Assembly (NCBI GenBank): GCA_045533785.1
Contig: JAZSIL010000050.1
Coordinates: forward strand, 1 to 40,648
Reading direction: 5' to 3'
Length of the DNA: 40,648 nt
Source of the DNA: Bacilli bacterium
GTDB taxonomy: Bacteria; Bacillota_I; Bacilli_A; ML615J-28; CAG-313
Shown: positions 20,338 through 27,900 of the stretch, piece by piece
How positions within the stretch are numbered: the first letter of the stretch is position 1
Layout of the letters: the number at the start of each line of letters is the position of its first letter
Notes under the pieces: model-generated
Database searches by the model: none
Told to the model about the DNA's origin: nothing
The model's input: the letters and a program-made list of their open reading frames with translations, nothing else
Translations under genes and position numbers: made by a program

Positions 20338-22410
20338 ATGTTTAAAATTGCTATTGACGGTCCAGCTGGTGCTGGGAAAAGTACTATTGCAAAAATTATT
20401 GCAAAAAAATTAAATATCGAATATATTGACACTGGAGCAATGTATCGTGCTGTAACCTTAAAAGCACTTCGATTAGGTGTTGATATGGAAGATGAAAACG
20501 CATATGAGTTTTTAAAGACAACTGTTCTTGATATTTGCAATGGTCGTTTTATTATGGATGGTGAAGATGTTTCAGAATCTATAAGAACTGTTGAAGTAAC
20601 AGAAAACGTTTCTACTCCATCTAAAATAGGTGTGGTTAGAGAATTTTTAGTTGAATATCAACGTAAAATAAGTGATTCTAAGAGTGTTATCATGGATGGA
20701 CGAGACATTGGTACTGTCGTACTTCCAAATGCAGAGCTTAAAATCTACTTAGTTGCATCCGTTGAATGTCGTGCTAAACGAAGAATGCTTGAGCGCGAAC
20801 AAAGTGGAATATTCAAGTCATTGGAAGAAACTATGCTTGAAATAGAAACTAGAGATCATAAAGATTCAACGCGAAAAATCAGTCCTCTAAAATGTGCTGA
20901 GGACGCTATCGTTGTCGATTCATCAAATATGACAATCGATGAGGTAGTTAGTGAAATTATTAAATTAGTGAATGAAAGGGGCTTAATTAAAATGAGCGAA
21001 AAAAACGAAAAGTACTATGTAGGACAAACTGTTACAGGTACAGTTACTGGTGTAAACAGTAATGCAATTTATTTAGAAATCGAAGAAGGAGTTAAGGCTG
21101 TAATCTATGCAAATGATTTACTAGAAGTACCAGGTAAATTATACTTAGAATACTCTGAAGGTGCAGAATATACTGCTCAAGTTAAGTCTATTGGTAAAGA
21201 TAAGAAAAACCCTAATGTTGTAGTTTTATATCTTTCTACAAAACTTGCTTATGAAAAAGAACAAGCTGAAGCAAAAGAAAAAGCATTACAAGAAAAAATT
21301 GCTGCATTCCATGCTATCAAAGAAGCTGATGAAGTAATTATGGCTAAAGTTTTAAGAACTACTAAAAATGGTGCTGAACTTACTTACAATAATACTAAAT
21401 TATTCTTATCTTATAAACATTCATCACTTAGTGAAGAAGCTTTAAAACAATTAAAAGGTGAAGAAATTCCTGTTATCGTATTATATGTTAATGAAGAACG
21501 TCATTTCATTTCTGTTAGCCAAATTGCTGCAGAAAAGAAACAAAAGAGACTTGCTAAAGAAGCAGCTTATGGTGCTTTAGAAGTTGGTCAAGTTGTTGAA
21601 GGTGAAGTTGTTTCAATTCTTGCTTATGGTGCAATTGTTAAACTAGGTTTAGTTAGTGGTTTATTACATGCATCTGAAATTGATCATTTCCCTGTTCGTG
21701 ACGTTAAGAAAGTTTTATCAGTAGGTAAAAAAGTTACTGTTAAAGTTATTAAGATTGAAGATGAAAAAATTGGTCTTTCAATGAAAGCTTTAACTACTCA
21801 TCCTTGGGAAGTATTGAAAGAAAAATATCATGTTGGTGATGTATTCGAAGGTACAGTTAAAAAGATTATTCCTGCTGGTTTAATTATTGAACTTACTCCT
21901 GAATATTCTGGTTTAATGCCTAAAATGGAATACTCTTGGTTAGTAAATGAAAAATATGATGGCGTTGTTAATGAAGGCGACAAAATTTTAGTTAAAGTAA
22001 TGAACATTGATGATAAGAAATTTAGAGTTAGTTTATCACATCGTGAAACTGTTGAAAATGCTTGGAATGGTATTAAACTTCGTAAAGGTGAACTTATTGA
22101 AGTTGAAGTTGTTCGTGATGTTGAACGCGGTGCTGAAGTAACTTATAAAACTGTTACTGGTTTCTTACCTGTTAATGAAGTTTCAAGTTCAAAACGTGTT
22201 ACAAATGTAACTGATGAATTTGCTGCTGGAAGTAAAGTTACTGCTATGGTATTAGAATGTGATCCAAATCGTGCAAAACTTGTTGTTTCTGTTAAAGCAG
22301 TTGAAGTTGCTAAAGAAAGAGAAACTTTTGATTCTTATATGAAAGAACAAGAACAAGAAAACACTGGAAGCACAATTGGTGATCTTCTTGGTGATGCATT
22401 AAAAAAATAA
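20338..22410 (+). CDS. cmk: Bifunctional cytidylate kinase / ribosomal protein S1 fusion
   Basis: This is a single 690-codon frame. The N-terminal ~218 aa is Cmk (IAIDGPAGAGKST, GRDIGTVV). The C-terminal ~470 aa contains four S1 (OB-fold) repeats of the form G..V.G.V..I...G....L. The order cmk - rpsA(ypfD) - der - gpsA matches B. subtilis. Confidence 0.88.
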   Translation: MFKIAIDGPAGAGKSTIAKIIAKKLNIEYIDTGAMYRAVTLKALRLGVDMEDENAYEFLKTTVLDICNGRFIMDGEDVSESIRTVEVTENVSTPSKIGVVREFLVEYQRKISDSKSVIMDGRDIGTVVLPNAELKIYLVASVECRAKRRMLEREQSGIFKSLEETMLEIETRDHKDSTRKISPLKCAEDAIVVDSSNMTIDEVVSEIIKLVNERGLIKMSEKNEKYYVGQTVTGTVTGVNSNAIYLEIEEGVKAVIYANDLLEVPGKLYLEYSEGAEYTAQVKSIGKDKKNPNVVVLYLSTKLAYEKEQAEAKEKALQEKIAAFHAIKEADEVIMAKVLRTTKNGAELTYNNTKLFLSYKHSSLSEEALKQLKGEEIPVIVLYVNEERHFISVSQIAAEKKQKRLAKEAAYGALEVGQVVEGEVVSILAYGAIVKLGLVSGLLHASEIDHFPVRDVKKVLSVGKKVTVKVIKIEDEKIGLSMKALTTHPWEVLKEKYHVGDVFEGTVKKIIPAGLIIELTPEYSGLMPKMEYSWLVNEKYDGVVNEGDKILVKVMNIDDKKFRVSLSHRETVENAWNGIKLRKGELIEVEVVRDVERGAEVTYKTVTGFLPVNEVSSSKRVTNVTDEFAAGSKVTAMVLECDPNRAKLVVSVKAVEVAKERETFDSYMKEQEQENTGSTIGDLLGDALKK

Positions 22411-22431
22411 TAAAGAATAGGAAAATTTAAT

Positions 22432-23742
22432 ATGAGACACGGAACAGTTGCGATTGTTGGACGTCCTAATGTAGGAAAATCAAGTCTATTCAATCGTTTA
22501 GCTGGTGATAAACTTGCTATAACAGATGATGCAAGTGGAGTTACTCGTGATCGCTTATATGCTAAATGTGAATGGCTAGATCAGCAATTTGCGATAATTG
22601 ATACTGGTGGAATCGAACTTTCCGATGTTCCATTTATGTTTGAAATTAGAGCGCAAGCTGAACTAGCTATTGACGAAGCAGATGTAATTGTCTTCGTCTG
22701 TGATGGACGTGTAGGAATTACAAAAGAAGATAGCGATGTAATGACTATTCTTCATAAATCTAAAAAACCTGTTATCGTGGCTGCAAATAAAATAGACGAC
22801 TTAAAATTCATGGATAATATCTATGAATTTTATAATTTTGGGGTAGAAGAAGTATTTGCGATAAGTACACTTCACGGTATTGGTATTGGTGATTTATTAG
22901 ATAAAATAGTTGAGTTATTACCAGACAAGAAAAGTAAAAAATATGTTGACACAATTGAGTTTTGTTTAATTGGTCAACCAAACGTTGGTAAGAGTTCGCT
23001 TACTAATGCAATCTTAGGAACTGAAAGAGTAATTGTTAGTGATATAGCTGGAACTACTCGTGATGCAATAGATACTCCGTTTACTAGAGATGGTGCTAAT
23101 TATGTTGTAATTGATACAGCTGGAATTAGAAAAACTGGTAAAATTTATGAGAATGCAGAAAAATATAGTTTCTTAAGAGCTATTAAAGCTATTGAAAGAT
23201 CAAGTGTTGTATTATTACTTCTTGATGCAACTAAAGAAATAGAAGAACAAGATAAACGTGTTGCAGGTTATGCAATGGATGCTAATAAAGCTGTTATTAT
23301 TGTTGTTAATAAATGGGATGCAGTTGAAAAAAATGATAAATCAATGCAAGAATGGATTAAGAAAATCAAATCACATTTTGTGTTCTTAGATTATGCTCCA
23401 ATTGTATTTGTATCGGCATTAAAAAATCAAAGAGTTCATACTGTATTTGAACAAATTAAAATTGTTTATCAAAATTATACAAGACGTGTTGCGACTAATG
23501 TTTTAAATGATGTTCTACTTGATGCTACTTTAATTCAACAAGCGCCATTTTTTAATGGCGACCGTTTAAAAATTTATTATGCGTCACAAGTAGAAAAAAA
23601 TCCTCCTTCATTTGTGTTATTTGTAAATGATCCTAATTATTTACATTTCTCTTATCAAAGATATTTGGAAAATAAATTAAGAGAAGCATTTAACTTTGAA
23701 GGGACTCCGATTAAATTTATTTTAAGAAAGAAAGAGGACTAA
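22432..23742 (+). CDS. der: Ribosome-associated GTPase Der (EngA)
   Basis: The 436-aa ORF has two GTPase domains with G1 motifs (GRPNVGKSS and GQPNVGKSS), plus DTGG/DTAG and NKID/NKWD motifs and a KH-like C-terminus. Confidence 0.93.
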   Translation: MRHGTVAIVGRPNVGKSSLFNRLAGDKLAITDDASGVTRDRLYAKCEWLDQQFAIIDTGGIELSDVPFMFEIRAQAELAIDEADVIVFVCDGRVGITKEDSDVMTILHKSKKPVIVAANKIDDLKFMDNIYEFYNFGVEEVFAISTLHGIGIGDLLDKIVELLPDKKSKKYVDTIEFCLIGQPNVGKSSLTNAILGTERVIVSDIAGTTRDAIDTPFTRDGANYVVIDTAGIRKTGKIYENAEKYSFLRAIKAIERSSVVLLLLDATKEIEEQDKRVAGYAMDANKAVIIVVNKWDAVEKNDKSMQEWIKKIKSHFVFLDYAPIVFVSALKNQRVHTVFEQIKIVYQNYTRRVATNVLNDVLLDATLIQQAPFFNGDRLKIYYASQVEKNPPSFVLFVNDPNYLHFSYQRYLENKLREAFNFEGTPIKFILRKKED

Positions 23743-24741
23743 ATGCAAGTTACTGTAATTGGTGGCGGAAGTTGGGGAAGTGCTCTAGCTAGGATTTTAG
23801 GTGATAATGGTCATGATGTTATAATTTATGATCGTACACTTGAAGTAGTAAATGAAATAAATCTATATCATACAAACAAAAGTAAATTACCTGTTGGAAC
23901 ACTACCACTTAATGTAAGCGCTACAGTTAATTTAGAAGAAGCTTTAAAAAATTCAAATGTTATTGTTCTTGCAGTACCTACTAAGGTCATTAGAAGTGTA
24001 TTACAGTCGATGAATAATTATTTAACACATAAATGTTTATTCGTTAACGCAAGTAAAGGTTTAGAACCAGATACTTTCTTAAGAGTATCAGAAATTGTAT
24101 ATCAAGAAATTAATAATGAATTAATAGATGATTTTGTTGCTTTAACTGGTCCTTCACATGCCGAAGAAGTAATTAATCAATTGCTTACAACTATTTGTGC
24201 TGTAAGTAATAACAAAAAAGCAGCAAAAGTTGTTCAATCATTATTTAATAATAGTAAATATTTTAGAGTCTATACAAGTTATGATTTAATAGGTGCTGAA
24301 CTTTGTGGTGCCTTAAAGAATATTTATGCAATAGCATCTGGCATGTTATTTGGTATTGGACTTGGAGATAATGCTAAAGCTGGACTAATTTCAAGGGCAC
24401 TTGTTGAGATGAGAAGATTTGTTATCTCTTATGGTGCAAATGAAGAAACAATTTATGGTTTAACTGGACTAGGTGATTTAGTAGTAACAACTACAAGTAA
24501 ACATTCAAGAAATTTCCAAGCAGGTTATCGCCTTGCAACAGGAAAAAATCTTGAAGAGACTATTGCTTCTATGACAATGGTCGTTGAAGGTGCAAGAACT
24601 GTTGTTGCTGCGTATCAATATGCTAGAGTTAATAATTTAGAAACACCAATCATTGATGCGGTATATGATGTTTTGTATAATAAAAAACCTGTTAAAACTG
24701 CAATAAATCAACTTATGAAAAGATCATTAAAAGATGAATAA
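23743..24741 (+). CDS. gpsA: NAD(P)H-dependent glycerol-3-phosphate dehydrogenase GpsA
   Basis: The 332-aa ORF has a Rossmann motif (GGGSWGSALA), plus GALKNIYAIA and GLGDL motifs. Its ATG abuts the der stop codon. Confidence 0.92.
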   Translation: MQVTVIGGGSWGSALARILGDNGHDVIIYDRTLEVVNEINLYHTNKSKLPVGTLPLNVSATVNLEEALKNSNVIVLAVPTKVIRSVLQSMNNYLTHKCLFVNASKGLEPDTFLRVSEIVYQEINNELIDDFVALTGPSHAEEVINQLLTTICAVSNNKKAAKVVQSLFNNSKYFRVYTSYDLIGAELCGALKNIYAIASGMLFGIGLGDNAKAGLISRALVEMRRFVISYGANEETIYGLTGLGDLVVTTTSKHSRNFQAGYRLATGKNLEETIASMTMVVEGARTVVAAYQYARVNNLETPIIDAVYDVLYNKKPVKTAINQLMKRSLKDE

Positions 24742-24773
24742 AGGGAAAATTTGAACTTTATTCATCTTTTTTT
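24731..24773 (+). terminator. Rho-independent terminator after gpsA
   Basis: A 13-bp stem, aagatgaataaag (24731-24743, which includes the gpsA stop codon), pairs with ctttattcatctt (24756-24768). A T-run extends to 24773. Confidence 0.75.
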
Positions 24774-24782
24774 ATCGTATTT

Positions 24783-24811
24783 TTGCAATATTTTTAAAAT
24801 AATGTTATAAT
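24783..24811 (+). promoter_or_regulatory. Sigma-A type promoter of cassette 1 (micro-ORF plus giant amidase protein)
   Basis: TTGCAA (24783-24788) is followed by a 17-nt spacer and TGtTATAAT (24803-24811). It lies about 33 nt upstream of the micro-ORF ATG. Confidence 0.6.
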
Positions 24812-24843
24812 AAATGAGTAATTTTTTTAAAGGAGAAAATATA

Positions 24844-24972
24844 ATGAATAAAAGCTATGAAACTCCTTCTATCGAAATTATTAACTATGAATCTGAAGTG
24901 CTAACTGCTGGTGGAAGCGTTGTAATCGACTTCCCTTGGGTAGAAGATGGCGAATCAGAATTCTTCGCATAG
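24844..24972 (+). CDS. Unannotated 42-aa acidic peptide (MNKSYETPSIEIINYESEVLTAGGSVVIDFPWVEDGESEFFA), paralog of 29280..29408; function unknown
   Basis: My own translation. The SD aAGGAGaa sits 8 nt before the ATG, and the stop TAG overlaps the SD of the next gene. An equal-length paralog shares 25/42 identical residues, and the conserved residues are encoded by different synonymous codons (gct ggt gga agc gtt gta atc versus gca ggt ggt agt gta gta ata, both AGGSVVI). Confidence 0.7.
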   Translation: MNKSYETPSIEIINYESEVLTAGGSVVIDFPWVEDGESEFFA

Positions 24973-24986
24973 GAGGAAATTAAATT

Positions 24987-27900
24987 ATGAAAAAAATAGT
25001 TTTAAGTTTATTAACTGTTTTCATGGTTCTATCATTAAGTGTAGTGCTTGTTAAAGCTGATGTTACAACTACCGTTTCATTAGAAGACGGTGTACAAATT
25101 AGAACTGATGGGAACAATGGTTTAAAATGGGTTGCAAATGTAGAAAACTACGCTGAAGGCAATGAATATGGTTTCTTATTTGCACAAGGTGATTTAGCTG
25201 AAGTTACAGTTGCATCAGAAGGTGTAGTTAAACAAGTTGTAGAAGGTGTTACTTTAGAAGAACCAGTTATGTCTGCTACAATGGTTAACTTCCCTAAGAA
25301 AGCTGCTAATCAAGATATTAGTGTTGTTGCATATGTTTATGATGGTGAAAATTATTCATATTCAAATGTAGTTGTTAGAAATCTTGCAGAAGTTGCAGTT
25401 TATGCTAAAAACACTATTGATGGTGATTTTGTAAATGCAGTTGCTGAATATGTAGGTGAAAATTATAAGAAAACATTTACCGATGCTCAAGGCTCATTAT
25501 ATTATGATAATGCATTATATGAAACTAACCATGTAGTTCTTGCTGAAGAATTTATTGATGACTGGAATACTTTATTTTCAACTTCGTTAGATGCTGCAAC
25601 AACTTTTACTGGTGGATCTAGTTCTACATGGTATAAGTCTGCTAAAACAAGTTCTCAAACATCTTGGGCAAATTCTAAGTTAAAAGAGTTTTTCCAAAAT
25701 GAAGCTATGTATGCAAAATGGGGTTGGTTATTAAATTATATAATTAATGAATTATCTAATGGTACCGGTCATGGTTTTGCAAAATCACAAGCAGAAGCAA
25801 TAATTAATAATGTTGAAGATACAGCAAATTGGTATTACAGTGGTCATTTATGTTCATTTGTCATGAGTTTTATGACAGGTGAATATCAAAGTTCTGGTTG
25901 GGGAAGTTATAACTTTGGTAATTATCCAGAAAAATTAGCATTAGTAAGAAATTATAATAATACTATTTATGCAAATTATAAATACTCAACTTTAGTTGAA
26001 AAAAATGCAATTGTTAATTTACCAGTCCCAAATAATAAAACTGGTTATTCATCTAATTGGGTCTATAATTCAGTTGAATATGCAGATGGTAGCGAATTTT
26101 CTTTAGATGCTAATACTAATTATTTTCTAACTAGTAATTATAAAGCTATTAATTATACTGTATCATTCTATGATGGTGCTACTAATTTAACAAATTTCGC
26201 ATTAACTTATAATATTGAATCTAGTGATTTAATTTTACCTGAATATGAAAAGTCAGGTTATGTATTCAAAGGATGGTACACAACCTCTACATTTGAAGAG
26301 GGTACTGAAATTGATATAATATATGCGGGTTCTTGTGAAGATGTAGTTGTTTATGCAAAATTAGAAGAAACATCTAATGTTAGTGTTAATGTTACATTAA
26401 ATCCAAATGGTGGATGTTGGGATGCTGCAACAACTTTAGAAAATGCTACTATTTTAAAACAAGCAACTTTAACTAGATATTTGACTAGAGCATCAAGTAC
26501 GGGGTATGATGCTAGTTTACATACCGGTACTTATTCATATTGGTATCATTTACTACTAAAAGAAACTTCAATTAGTGGTATTTATGAAATTGTTTCTAAG
26601 GGTTATGGAGCAACTTCAGTTACTGATTATAATCTTTCTATTATATGGCATGGTTCATTGACTGATGCTACATCTAAAACTGCATTAACTGCACTTTATA
26701 ATGATGCAAGTACTATTGGAAAATATGTTATTCTTGAAAATGTTCCTGCTGCATCTTCATCATCATGTTCGATTACTGTTAATGTCATTGATGCTAGTGA
26801 ATTAACTAAATCTTTAACTAAAACTTTAATTGAAAAAGAAGAATTACCTACACCAATTCATGCAAATAGTGATTATAGTTTTGGTGGTTGGAAATCAAGT
26901 GTTGATGGCTCAATTGTAACTGAATTCCCTGCTTACTCATCTAATCCTGGTGATATTACTTATACTGCTCAGTGGGAATCAAATTTAAAAGATGTTACTG
27001 TTAACTTTGATACTAATGGTGGAGCATTTGTAAATTATGAGTCTGTTGATGCTGCGATAGCTGATTTCCTAAAAGATTATAATACTGCAAGAAATAAATC
27101 TCATACTCCTGAAACATTCTATGCATTAGGATCATGGGGAGAAATTTCTGACGCTTCATTATTCTTATATAATTCAAATTATAAAGAAAAATGGACTTGG
27201 CTTGTAAATTATATTGCTGGTGTAGCCGGTGGTGCAAATAAAAATGCTTTTACAAACTTCTATAATTACTCATCACAATCTGAATTAAATGCCGCTAATG
27301 GAAATTATATTTACTCGATAGCCTATGAACTTCGTGGTTGGGTTGCTCAAGCAAAGTATTCTCAAAATGCAAACTTCATCACTGCTGATTATTCTAGTGC
27401 TACAGTTCAAGCAGCGTTTAATTCTGCTAATACACTACCTTTAAGCTATGTTTATACTGATCCTTGTACTTTACCTAAACCATTTAAACAAGGTTATACA
27501 TTTAAAGGTTGGTATACAAATGAATCATTAACTGGTGATGCTGTTACTAGTTATCCTGGTTATTATACTAATATAGGTGAAATTACTTATTATGCTAAGT
27601 GGTCAAGTTCAATTATTGTTACATACGATACTGATCCATTTACTGAAGTTGGTAATTCTATTCAATTAAATGCTAAAATTTTAGGTGAATTAATTGGTAA
27701 TTTTGTATGGGAAAGTAAAAATACAAGTGTTGCAACAGTTGATCAAAATGGTCTAGTTACAGGTGTTAAAGAAGGAACTGCTACTATTTATGTTTATGAT
27801 TCTGGTGATCCTCATGTAAATTTAAGCATTGAAATTTCTGTTGTTTCTGCAGGCCTTAGTGATCTTTTTAGTATTATTTCTGATGCTCATAATAATACAG

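Noticed and set aside
24844-24972. The micro-ORFs as holins for the downstream amidase, by analogy with a phage holin-endolysin pair.
   Set aside because: The peptides are strongly acidic and have no transmembrane segment. The downstream proteins carry their own Sec signal peptides. No other phage genes flank the cassettes.
26886-26980. A possible recent gene-conversion tract between the paralogs (GWKSSVDGSI..NPGDITYTAQW at 26886.. and 31290..).
   Set aside because: Only short runs are identical: 23 nt, then two runs of about 14 nt, interrupted by many substitutions. This is consistent with a conserved repeat motif under selection rather than a recent exchange.
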